Positions 26,762 to 38,686 of a DNA stretch of 64,000 nucleotides are shown piece by piece. The notes beneath the pieces were generated by a model. The model saw only the letters and a program-made list of their open reading frames with translations, was not told the DNA's origin and did not search any database. Made by a program: the position numbers and the translations under genes. The number at the start of each line of letters is the position of its first letter. Position 1 is the first letter of the stretch. This DNA is from Octopus sinensis (lineage: Eukaryota), in the NCBI RefSeq assembly GCF_006345805.1, contig NC_042997.1, positions 164,300,001 through 164,364,000 on the forward strand, read 5' to 3'.

Positions 26762-27221
26762 TACATACATACACATACATATACATATACATACACACAC
26801 ATCTACATACACATACACATACTTCCGTATGCACACCCACATACATACATACATCCACACAGAGGTATACAGGCATATACACACATATATATACACACAC
26901 ATATATGTATATATATATATATATATATACACACACGAACGCACACAAATACTCATATATACACATATATACACCAATACACATACGCATACACACATGC
27001 GCATCTATATATACATAAATACATACATGCATACAAACATATACATATATACATACATGCATACTCAAATAATAAAGAATAAATATATATACGTGCAATT
27101 ACCCATCATAAAGACGGATACATACATATTAACATACACATGTATACCTATTTACCCATATGTACCTACATACATACACATAAATCTACATACCTACATA
27201 TACATAAACACACAAGCGTAC

Positions 27222-27260
<39 letters not shown>

Positions 27261-27360
27261 ACATACATATAGATACACATATATATACACATACGTACAC
27301 ACCATACCTACATCCATACATATCTATACATATATACATGTGTACATATACAATATGTGA
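25600..27360. repeat. Compound (CA)/(TA)/(CATA) low-complexity tract, possibly the PLE 3' UTR
   Basis: Sequence composition; internal duplication of a catccgtacgcacaccc...gaggtatacaggc block at ~26510 and ~26820. Source of many spurious H/Y/I/T or V/C/M ORFs. Confidence 0.85.
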
Positions 27361-27399
27361 ATAGTCTTAGGAGAGAAGGTAATTGGGGGTGGGGTGTCG

Positions 27400-28820
27400 T
27401 CAATCGGGTTGCCGGGTGGGTCTGTAGTTTTTATAGTTTGCATAAATTTTGTGCATACAATTTGAGGAGTGTTCCGAGATCTTGTTGAGGAGGGGGCCTT
27501 TGGCGAACAAGATCTCCAGGCTCTCAGAGATGCAAAGGTCACAGCAGGTATGGCCTCCTGTGTACGAGCGCGCCCTCTGTAGTAGTCTCCACTTGATCTT
27601 GAAGGGGATGGAGTTCCTTTTAAGGTACCAGATGTGGGCAGCGAGAGTAGTTTGGTTAGATTTGTCAGGTCGCCGGAACGAATGTGTGTGGGCGTACCAA
27701 CGAGTCTTAAAGCTGTTTGACGTCATTCCGATGTACGATTTTCTTTTATCATCGGGGCCTGATCGTACCTCGCATGTGTAGACTAGGTCCTTCTGTAGGC
27801 AGTTGTTGTTGAGGGGGCAAGTGGTTTTATCAGGGCAGTTGTAATTGCTTTCGGATGTTGGATGGGCCTCGGAAAAAGTAGATTTATTAAGTTTTTTCAC
27901 GTTATTGTTGGCTAGGTTCCTGGCTAGATTGGGCATGGTGGAGTAGGAGAGTCTAATGGTGTTCTTATTTAGGATTGTATAGTACTTATGTTGGGTGGGG
28001 AAGTGTTTTTGTAGGAGAGTGAAGAAAATTTTGGCTACAGGTGTGGCGACCTCACGGTTGAAGGGGGTGTTTGTACCAGCTAATGTGTCTTTGCCTATTT
28101 TTCCTGGGTTGGCGTGGGGCTATGCTACTGTAGGTGATCTTATCTTTAAAGCCACTGCGGGCCAGGGCCTCGTTGTAATAGGGGGCTGCGGCGTTAAAGA
28201 TATCTTCAGTAGCGGACAGGCTAGATATTCTAATTGAGACACTTTTCATTAGGTTGTCTAATATATTTTTGGGGTGGTTAGAGTTAATGTCTATATATCT
28301 AAGGGATTCATTTGGTTTATGGTACGGGTAATAAAGTGAGGTTTTTAAGTCGAGGGTAACGTCAAGGAAGTTAGCTTTGGTTAAGTTGGATTCTAAGGTA
28401 ATCCTAAGGCCTAAGTTTTTAAAAAAGTGTAAAGGTTTTTCCGGAACCCATCCGTGGTCCTGGGGTTTATTTTGTGGAGGGCAAAAAGGCCATCATCGCG
28501 GTAAAGACCACCGGAGAGGCCTGTGAATAGGGTCTTCAGCCTATGGAGGATGAAAAGGCCCACAAGGTCACTTATTTCAGCCGAGTCGCTAGCACCCATG
28601 CTGACGTCGAAGGGGGTCACAGATTTTTTGTTGATCCAGTGGGATCCGTCGTGGAAAAGAAAAGTCTTACGTGCATGGAGGATCACATCTTGCTTGGCCT
28701 CGGTGATGGTGGAGAACGTCCTAGCGAAGTTAATCGCGTCGATCAGCAGGCTCTCCGATATGGAGGCGTAGTAATCCTCAATATCTAATTGTAGGAATCG
28801 GGTGTTGCTTTTGTCAGGTA
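27400..28820 (-). mobile_element. Penelope-like element ORF, 5'-truncated: reverse transcriptase + C-terminal GIY-YIG endonuclease, with two 1-nt frameshifts
   Basis: Joined minus-strand translation gives PLE RT motifs (FLQLDIEDYYASI, FDVSMGASDSAEISDLVGLFIL, GGLYRDDGLF, FLDVTLDL, Y.DINSNHP) then a GIY-YIG domain (LVYTCEV...SYIGMTSNSFKTRWYAH...CDLCISE). No in-frame stops apart from frame changes at ~28420 and ~28070. Visibly more GC-rich than the flanks. Confidence 0.95.
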
Positions 28821-28836
28821 TATATATATATATAAG

Positions 28837-28857
28837 TGTGTGTATGAATGTGTGTAG

Positions 28858-28923
<66 letters not shown>

Positions 28924-29402
28924 ATATGTGAGCGTGTGTGTACGGGGTGTATATCCTCTTTTATATTTATATATTTATTTATTTTACTTATATATGTGTG
29001 TAGATATTTGTGTGTATGTATGAGTATGGGTATGGGTGAGTACGTAGATGTATGTAAATGGGTGCATATGTACATGTGTATATGGATGTATGTGGGTATG
29101 TGTATGTAAACTCTATTATTCTATTTATTCTTTTATCTACTTTATCACTGATTCCTTTGACCACTCCCCTAAGAATGATAGTTTTCGCCATGCCTACCCC
29201 AAAAAGTCCCCCACCACCACCCCTTAAACCTGCCTAAGTGTATAAATGCCAAAACTATTCTTGTCACCTAGCTTCCTGATGATTTCTTTTGAATGAAACA
29301 GTTCTAGTCCTGTAGAAGCTCCTTCTATAAAATAAATTAATTTACTCTGCTATGTATTGAGTACCTTATTTACTGTGGTTAACCCCGACTCAACCCGGGA
29401 CC
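28837..29402 (+). repeat. Inverted copy of the PLE terminal repeat at the 5' truncation point
   Basis: 28837-29337 mirrors 24626-25080. About 65 extra nt (29338-29402) follow, then (TA)n. It joins the RT sequence through a TA tract. Confidence 0.85.
29270..29320 (+). ncRNA. Type I hammerhead ribozyme motif
   Basis: AGCTTC-CTGATGA-T TTC TTTT GAA T-GAAACAG-TTCTAGTC-CTGTA-GAAGCT. Stem I 6 bp perfect, both core boxes, stem II 3 bp with U-U at 10.1/11.1, stem III ACAG/CTGT, GUA triplet with predicted cut after 29314. Confidence 0.88.
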
Positions 29403-29404
29403 TA

Positions 29405-29449
<45 letters not shown>

Positions 29450-29457
29450 GTATATAT

Positions 29458-29546
<89 letters not shown>

Positions 29547-31266
29547 GATGAAATGAATACATATGTTTCTACTGCAAAATTTTATTTAAAACACAGTTGC
29601 TTATTATTTGGCATGTAACAATAAGCAGCATCATATAACATTATGTGAGATTATGTTTTTATATACAAACATATACACATCAAAAGGATCAAAGGCTCTT
29701 CTTGGGTCATAGGCTCATGAAACAGTTTCTTGAATTATGTGGTGTTTATATTCCACACTGGATGAGATGCTGGTCCTTTGCAGGATTACTCATTTTTGCC
29801 AGCAGAGTGGACTGAAGCAACATGAAACAAAATGTTTTGCCAAAGGACAAAATACATTGCCCAGTCCAGAAACTTGAAACCAGAATTGTATGGTCATGAC
29901 AGTGACAGCCTAACCAGAAAGCCATGCCTCTCCACACATACATACATACATACATGTATATATATGTGTGTTTGTCTGTGTATGTGTTTGTATGTATGTA
30001 TATATATATGTACATACATACACATATATATATGTGAGTGTGTGTGTATATATATATACATTTGTGTGTGTCCATATATTCATGTCTACATGTATATATA
30101 TATGTATATGTATATATATATTATATATTTATGTATGTATACACATTCATACATGCATACATACATACATGCATGCATGCATGCATAAATGCATGCATAC
30201 ATAAATACATACATACATACACACACACACACATACATACATACATACATACATACATACATACATACATACATACATACATACATACATACATACATAC
30301 ATAAGACTCTCTATAAAATACAGATTTTGCTTTCAAAGTGCATGAAACGTAACAATGTGGATAACCTAAGCTTCACTACAAAGGAAAAATCCTTCTATCC
30401 ACACCAGAAGATAAATCTCTTAGCTTATCACAGTATACACTGAGCACATATTGAATCATACTCCCCAACTCCAGCACTATCTTCCACCTACAACCTAAAT
30501 ATAATCAAAACAAGAAAAACTTGAAATCATACCATTAAATCAAAACCTAGAAAATTTAAGGGAAAAGAACATTATTGACAATAGATGACTTACTCTTATG
30601 TGAATGTGATAAAAATAGACATTCCCATAATAATAAACATACACTCAACAGGGAATTTAAGCCTTCACGAATTATGAAATATGCGAGAGCAGCAAAAATA
30701 ACATGTTTGCATTTATGAATAGAAACGAATGTATTACAAGAATTAATGTTTTCTCTCAATGATAAAAACAAATTTATAAAGATCCAGAAGATAACACCAA
30801 CTAATTAAAAGTTAAATTCAGAAAACTAATTGGAATGATAAATTCACACCTAAGAATCATCTGCTTTCTTGACATCAAAGGAGAATAAACTCCAGCACAT
30901 ATATAAAAACACAGTAAAAGTGAAGAAACAAAACAGCCTGTGCCAATCTATGATATCACAGATAGATATACCTGCTTATAAAATCACCAAACAAGTTGAT
31001 AGCATTATCTATCTGTCTGTCTGTCAGCCTGTCTGTCTATCTATCTTTAGATGGATAGGTTGTATTCCATATAATGTGACTACTCAGAAGGCTGTAATAT
31101 AATTTGACAGGAATACAGTATAAAAAAATACATGAAACAAGGTGGTAACTTTAAATGTCTTTAATGCTGGGCACATATATATATACACAAGCTGAATGAT
31201 AAATGGAAGTGGTTGATGGACTTTTATTCATATATCTACATGCATCTGCGTGAGTTGTATGTTTTC

Positions 31267-31658
31267 TGTTAACCCTGGTGAGAAGCTCATAAACAGCCAT
31301 ATGTTAAAACCTGTGCAGTGTTGTTGGTGCTGTGTAGATGTTGTTGACAACGTTGGTGAGAGACATGATGGTGGTGATGTAGACGGAGGTCACTGTAATG
31401 TGGTAAGTGGTTAGACCTTAGAATATTTGGAACCAACAGACCCTGAGACTAGGAGGAGGTGAGTTTTTATAGCTAACAGTAGGCTCAAATGTAGTTTAGA
31501 ACAGACTTTTGCATGATTTATTTGGAGGCTGCAATTGGTTAGGTTGCATATTGGTGCGTGATAGAGTAAGAGACAAATTGCACCAATATCAACCAATCAG
31601 AGTGGTAGACACAACAGGGTACAAAACAGCGTCCAAAGGTTAGCTGTTACCTGCTACA
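31267..31658 (-). mobile_element. LTR-like segment
   Basis: Minus strand starts TGTAGC and ends GTTAACA; cluster of CCAAT boxes, AATAAA and TATAAAA. No matching TSD or second LTR seen. Confidence 0.35.
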
Positions 31659-32044
31659 TACATATGTATGTATATATAATAGAGAGAGGAAGTTCACTAG
31701 AGTTCGCTACAGACAGCCCCACAAGTCATTTTGTGGGAAACAAAATAGACAATAAAAAAAGATTTCTGTAGCAGAAAAGAAGAGTGTCCAATCAAATAGA
31801 ACAAGGTATATATGTACAATGATACAGAAAGAGAGAAAATATGAATGTGGTGTCTATAACAATATAAGTCTATTCTCTGGAACAGTCACTGGCAAGGCAC
31901 AGTTAAGAAATGTAAATAGTCTGAGATACAGAATGTCTGACATGCAAAAGTGATAACAACTGTCCAGGAAACTGGAAATCACAGGATGCAAAAGTCAAAG
32001 TGCTTGAGATGCAATGTTGGCTGCTGAGACATGGGCAGTGCCAA

Positions 32045-32250
32045 GACTTTGCCTGCAAGGGCAGTGAGCCGCTTGTTGTAGAAAAAAGGTGTTGTTAGTC
32101 TGCAAGAGTAGTAGGTCACTTGCAGAAGCTAGTGTTATAAGCCTGCAAGAGTGATGGGTTGCTTGCAGGGGTTAGTGTTGTAAGCCTGCAAGAGCGGTGG
32201 GTCACTTGCAAAGGCTGGTGGTGCTAGCATGCAGGAGCAATGAGAAAGCA
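32045..32250. repeat. ~43-bp tandem repeat (4-5 units), each with a tgcaag...cttgca hairpin
   Basis: Units start at ~32051, 32098, 32141, 32184 and 32228. Confidence 0.75.
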
Positions 32251-33230
32251 ACTAAAATCCTAGAATGTGGTGCATGTGTGTATGAACATTGAAACAAGTT
32301 AACATATATTATACACAATATTCAGAATCATGTGTGTATGAACATTGAAACAAGTTAACATATACACAATATTCAAAAATATGTACATATAGAGGTAAGG
32401 TCCTGAAAAAGGAAGTGATATGCAAAGAAAAGTGAAAAAAAAAAATCAGACAACTGAAATGCAATACAATGCACAGGCAAGTTAAAGTTCCATTCTTTAA
32501 AGCAGAGTTCAATTAAGTCAAAGTGGCCAATATGTCTAAAGGTGTCATTCACATGGCTGAGGGAGAGAATAACAGCAACAATTGCTGTGTCCAATGCAGT
32601 GTTGTCCGGAGCAGGAGAAATAAAAGTTCATGAGAAAGATGAAGAAGCGCATTGAGGCAAAGGAAAAGGGACTCATTTTGAAGATAATATGAATGGAATG
32701 CAATGAAGAATAAGCTGGTTGAAAGAAATGCCATTAGGAATAGCAGTCAAAACACCCTAATTGAAAGAAGACATAATGAGCAGTGAACTAAGAAATTTTT
32801 TTCAGTAGCAGAGGATGAAAATAGAAGTCCTTGCTAATGGATAAAGAACAAAACATGGTCAACTTGTGGGTAATCCGGGTGGTTGAGAGACAGAAACTCA
32901 TACCTGGCATATAGGAAAAACTTGTTGTCCATGTGAATTCTGGAGAAAATTCCAAATAATTTTTATTCATTTTCTTTTACAAGCAAAAAGAATATTCCCC
33001 TACGACGCTGTATATGCAAAGACCAAGTTGTAAATTCGGTTACAACCTGAGGAAAAATGATTTGCAGTTTCCCACTTGAAAATGGCGCCAAAATTTTCTG
33101 GAGAAGAAGACAATATGGAGACAATAGGCATCAGTGGTGTTGCTATATGATGAATGGTGGTCTGGTTGCATAGACGCATTCTTGTCCTATTTTGTATTTT
33201 TATATATATGTGTATATATATATATATATA

Positions 33231-34256
33231 TGTGTCGGTGGCACATAAAAACACCATCTGAGCGTGGTCGTTCGCCAGCCTCGTCTGGCACCTGTGTCGG
33301 TGGCACATAAAAAAAAACACCATCCGAGCGTGGTCGTCTGCCAGCCTTGTCTGGCACCTGTGTCGGTGGCACATAAAAACACCATCCGAGTGTGGCCGTT
33401 CGCCAGCCTCGTCTGGCACCTGTGTCGGTGGCACATAAAAAAACACCATCCGAGCGTGGTCGTCTGCTAGCCTTGTCTGGCACTTGTGTCGGTGGCACAT
33501 AAAAACACCATCTGAGCGTGGCCGTTCGCCAGCCTCGTCTGGCACCTGTGTCGGTGGCACATAAAATCACCCACTACACTCTCGGAGTGGTTGGCGTTAG
33601 GAAGGGCATCCAGCTGTAGAAACACTGCCAGATCTGACTGGCCTGGTGCAGCCTTCGGGCTCCCCAGACACCAGTTGAACCGTCCAACCCATGCTAGCAT
33701 GGAAAGCGGACGTTAAATGATGATGATGATGATATATATATATATATATATATAATATGTGTCGGTGGCACATAAAAACACCATCTGAGCGTGGTCGTTC
33801 GCCAGCCTCGTCTGGCACCTGTGTCGGTGGCACATAAAAAAAAACACCATCCGAGCGTGGTCGTCTGCCAGCCTTGTCTGGCACCTGTGTCGGTGGCACA
33901 TAAAAACACCATCCGAGTGTGGCCGTTCGCCAGCCTCGTCTGGCACCTGTGTCGGTGGCACATAAAAAAACACCATCCGAGCGTGGTCGTCTGCTAGCCT
34001 TGTCTGGCACTTGTGTCGGTGGCACATAAAAACACCATCTGAGCGTGGCCGTTCGCCAGCCTCGTCTGGCACCTGTGTCGGTGGCACATAAAATCACCCA
34101 CTACACTCTCGGAGTGGTTGGCGTTAGGAAGGGCATCCAGCTGTAGAAACACTGCCAGATCTGACTGGCCTGGTGCAGCCTTCGGGCTCCCCAGACACCA
34201 GTTGAACCGTCCAACCCATGCTAGCATGGAAAGCGGACGTTAAATGATGATGATGA

Positions 34257-34260
<4 letters not shown>
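33231..34260 (+). mobile_element. Two tandem, virtually identical RTE-tailed SINE copies (period 527 bp), each with ~6 5' monomers
   Basis: 33231-33733 and 33758-34260 share the same 5' junction and the same private variants. Confidence 0.92.
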
Positions 34261-34288
<28 letters not shown>

Positions 34289-35094
34289 CAGCATGCATAC
34301 ACTTTGGTCTCTTATATGTAAGTACACATTTTTCTAAATCTTGTATGACTCTATTTCTGTCTATCAGCCCTTTCATGCTTATTCGTTCATTCCACTCTTT
34401 GTTCTTTTGTTCCCCCTTTCTCACATTTCTTTGCCTTCTCTTCTTAGTCACTTTCCCTCCACTTTTCACTTCACTGTATCCCTGTCCTTTTTTCTCGCCC
34501 CTCCTTAATTCTTCTGTCCCTCTGCTTCTACTTCTCTCTCTTCTCTTCCCACGTGACCGCCAGTCAGTCAAGCCTGTTCTTTCTTTCTTGGTCTGACCAT
34601 TGCCCATGCAACATCGATATTCTTCCCTGTGTTTGTGAAATTTTTGTATCTCTGCCATAAGGATTCATTTCCACATGCACCAGCTTAATTCAATTCGTCC
34701 TTAGTCGAAAGACACCTGTTGTTATGTCCTGCTATTATTTTTATTGTATGTATTATTGTATTTATATTTGTCCGTTTTTTCCATCCTTGTTTTTGTATAC
34801 ATTCACTGCTTTCTTCCAAGGAATCTAATGCTCTTAGCTTAGTTTTTCCTTGGGGCTGGCCAGATTGGAGCAATCTCAAGAATGATCAGCTGAAATTGTG
34901 AGGATAATCTGGTGCTTGACTGAGGAAAGAAAACTTCAAATGGCCCATCCTTGTTTTCTTTGTATCGTCTATCTGGATATTTTGTTGTCCCTTTTTGTAT
35001 CACCTAGCTCTCCTGATGTTTTGCGTTCTTGTCCCATTTTGTATGTATATATATATACATAGCAGCGTACGTACATCTTGGTCTCATATATATG

Positions 35095-35144
<50 letters not shown>

Positions 35145-35975
35145 GCTCATAGACGAGAATGAAATATTCTCTGCATAGAATATGCTTAGTAGTGTTCAAG
35201 AGGTCTAAACTTGAGCGGATAGAGAAGTAAATGTATGGATAAGCAAGTTGGGCAGGTCAAAATACAAAGTATATTAAATACATGAAATGTAATGTAATGT
35301 ATGTTTACATACAAAAAATTCTATCTTTGAACTTCTTCCTGTCAACCCAAATGTAAGATCTCTTCCCTGAAGATGAAGCCTAATCTCATCTGATGATGGA
35401 ATCAATCTACAAGCATTATTTTGAACCACCAACCACCCAGGAACAGCTGTTGGATTTGTAATATTTTTCTTCAACCCCTTTAATTCTTGTTATTGTTTCT
35501 ATTCTGTGTAAATCAGATTTCTTTGTATGTAAACTCACATACATTTTTTGAATTTCATGTATTTAATATACTTTGTATTTTGATCTGCCTAACTTGCTTA
35601 TATATATATATATATCATCCTCATAACCATTACCATAACCATCTAACATTTGTTTTCCATGCTGGCATGGGTTGGATGGTTTGACAGGAGTTGACAAGCC
35701 TGAGTGTGGCATTGGCACAGGTGCACATTATGTGACACCAGAATGGGTGCTTTTTGCATGGTGTCAGCATGAGTGCTTTATCTGTCTGTCTGTCTATCTG
35801 TATGCATGTATGTTTGTATGTATGCACGTATGTATCTTGCTGATATAGCCAAACTAGCGAGTGGTTGAGTAGCCACTGCTGACAAGCCTACAACTAATAG
35901 GCAAAACTAGTCTAGTTCAGTAATCCTAGAGTTGTTCATGGGGTGGTTATTTCCCCTGTCATTGTATATATATAT

Positions 35976-36008
<33 letters not shown>

Positions 36009-36253
36009 TGTGTGCTTCATACAGCATTAAGAATTTTTAACTCTTATCTCTTGCAATATAGTTGCTTTGGCACCCTCAGTCACAATTAACAACAATAAAA
36101 TTTTTCCTTTGTGGTATTATATGCACCTAGCTGTTTATATTAATTTTTCAATTCTTCCCAAGCCTCAAACTAATACTCCTCCTTGTTGTCTTCATCTTTT
36201 GTTTTCTGTAAATTTGAACTATGCATACATACATACATACATACATACATACA

Positions 36254-36324
<71 letters not shown>

Positions 36325-36470
36325 GTATGTGTATTTTTTCAATGTATACAAATAACATGGAAAACATAAATAGATTGTTACCAGGGTAGCAAAAATTCAC
36401 ATAAGTGCCAAGGATGTTACAGGCATAAATTCCAGGGTTTAGTAAAATGTTTTAGAATAACATAGAAAAC

Positions 36471-36820
36471 TTAAGAAATGGAGTTAAATGCAGGTGATAT
36501 TCAAATCTTTATACTTCCAACATATGTTTCGAAGAAAGTATTGGTATTATTCCTGAGGGAATAAAATGATGTAAAACAATGTAATCATCTCATCAGGGAA
36601 AAAGAGAAACAAAACACATCAATAAGCCATTTTAAGTGAGGTAATCACATTCGGTTAAAATGGGTTATTGATGTGTTTTGTTTCTCTTTTTTCCCTGATG
36701 AGATGATTACATTGTTCTACATCATTTTATTCCCTCAGGAATAATACCAATGATTTTTTCAAAACATATGTTGGAAGTATAAAGATTTGAATGACACCTG
36801 CGTTTAACTCCATTTCTTAA
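36471..36820. repeat. Fold-back with ~165-bp arms directly 5' of a decayed PLE
   Basis: 36471-36636 vs 36655-36820 are reverse complements with few mismatches and an ~18-nt spacer. Confidence 0.9.
36514..36601 (-). ncRNA. Hammerhead-like motif with a 59-nt branched stem II
   Basis: Minus strand: TTTCC-CTGATGA-[59 nt starting GATGA, ending TCTTC, containing the hairpin TTATTCC CTCA GGAATAA]-GAAAC ATAT GTT-GGAAG. Palindromic ACATATGT stem III, GUU triplet. The mirror copy at 36690-36777(+) reads CAAAA instead of CGAAA. Confidence 0.55.
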
Positions 36821-36889
36821 TTTATGTATATGTATATATATATATATATGCATATGTAGGTACACATGCATACAGTCCTCAGAAGAATT

Positions 36890-38130
36890 TCTAGAGATTT
36901 CGGAAGAAACCAATGAAGTAGGCATCATTTCTATATTAGATGTGGTAAGCTTGTTCACTGTCATTCCAATGACAGAAACAATAAAATTTATATTAGACAA
37001 TATATACAAACAACCAAAAATAAAGTCACATATAAGACCAGTCAACATATGATTTATGAAATGTACAACAGAAGAGTAAGTACCTTTACATTGCTCACAG
37101 GTCAATTTATATACATATAAAAAAAATGTTGAAGCCATGGGTTCTCTCCGGGGGACTATTTTTGCAACATTCTGTCCTGCCACAATAGAGAACAAAGTAG
37201 TACCAAAACACAAACATATAATATAAACAGATATGTGGAAGATACAATTGTTGTGATGGATATACTAGAATATATTGAGAAGTTAAAACAAGATTTCAAA
37301 AACAGCTTGGTACAAAAATTTAATGTCTTGGTAGTACAAACAGCATTCCATTTCTATGTATAAAGATCCAAAGTGAAAAGAATAGACATATCATGTTCAT
37401 GTACATCAAGCACACAAAAGAATGTATATATTTATATAGACTCTATATAATGGGTAGTACATCAAAACGCATATAATGAATACAGATTAGTCCTCAGACC
37501 AGATCAAATACCTTAAATCCAACATCAAACGATGGAAGATGCAATCCAGGCAAACCAGAATTGGCTATAGGAATTATAGTGGTTAAGCTAATGAAAGTAA
37601 AATAAAAGATGGACAGGCAATTGTTAATAGCATCAAAGCATTTGTAAGTTAGTTTACATGGAAACAATGAATGTTCATTCAGCTACAAAATGCCAGTGAT
37701 AAAATTCCTACTTAGTAAATCATTGACATTCTTTTCCACAAGGAAAGTACTGTATAAATAAATCTACATAATAAAGCAAACACTAATTAGCAAAGGATAT
37801 TCTCACAGACTAGTAGACCAAGTCACATAAGAATATGGGCGCAAATGCTATGCGACACTGCATCAAGCATTTCAAGACTCCTATTATTACATTGGTCATA
37901 CAAGTGTAACAATGTCTTGTAAACTCACCATGCACTTACAATATAGCATATTACAATATTTCAATATAGCATGCAATACAACATAAAACAACGAAATTAG
38001 ATAGATTAATGGATAACACATCCATACTATACAGAATTCCTTGCAAAAGTAGATGACTAATTATAGAAGCATTACTTGTAACATAGGGTAGTGCTCAGAC
38101 ACACAGACTACAAATACATGTCATAAACAT
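36890..38130 (+). mobile_element. Decayed Penelope-like element (RT + GIY-YIG remnants)
   Basis: Plus-strand peptides ISILDVVSLFTVIPMTETIKFILDNIY (~36925), EAMGSLRGTIFA (~37130), RYVEDTIVV (~37230) and SYYYIGHTSVTMSCKLTMHLQ (~37880). Many stops and frameshifts. Confidence 0.85.
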
Positions 38131-38630
38131 AATAATTATGTGGCTAATGGTGTATAAATCTAATGATCACATTTCAAATTCCAACAGTAACATCTTAAAC
38201 AAATTTAGGTGATAAAATCTACAGAAATTACATTTGCCCACCATAAAAGTGACAGTTACACATGCCTTTAACACTTTACATGTGAATAATGAGACTATCA
38301 AAGCTTAAAAATGCTGATCATATATTTAGGAACTTTATTGTTCCAAATGAACTGCAAGACAGTATATGGATGTAAGGATACAGAAAACCCTAATAACACA
38401 TCAAAACTAGAGCATTGCCAAAGTTTTGATATGACCTAGGAGGAAAGCTGTTCTAGTCATATATGAATATACATTTGCATGTGTGTGTGAGTGTTTGTCT
38501 GCATGTGTGTATGTATGTATGTGTGTGTGTATACATATGTATATATACACACATATGTATGTCGCTCACTCTCTCTCTCCTCCTCTCTCTTTCTTTCTTT
38601 CTCTCTCTCCCTTATCTTTCTTTCTTTCTT

Positions 38631-38686
<56 letters not shown>

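Noticed and set aside
35274-35474. Protein-like 66-aa minus-strand ORF
   Set aside because: No recognisable family, ambiguous acceptor, no partner exons.
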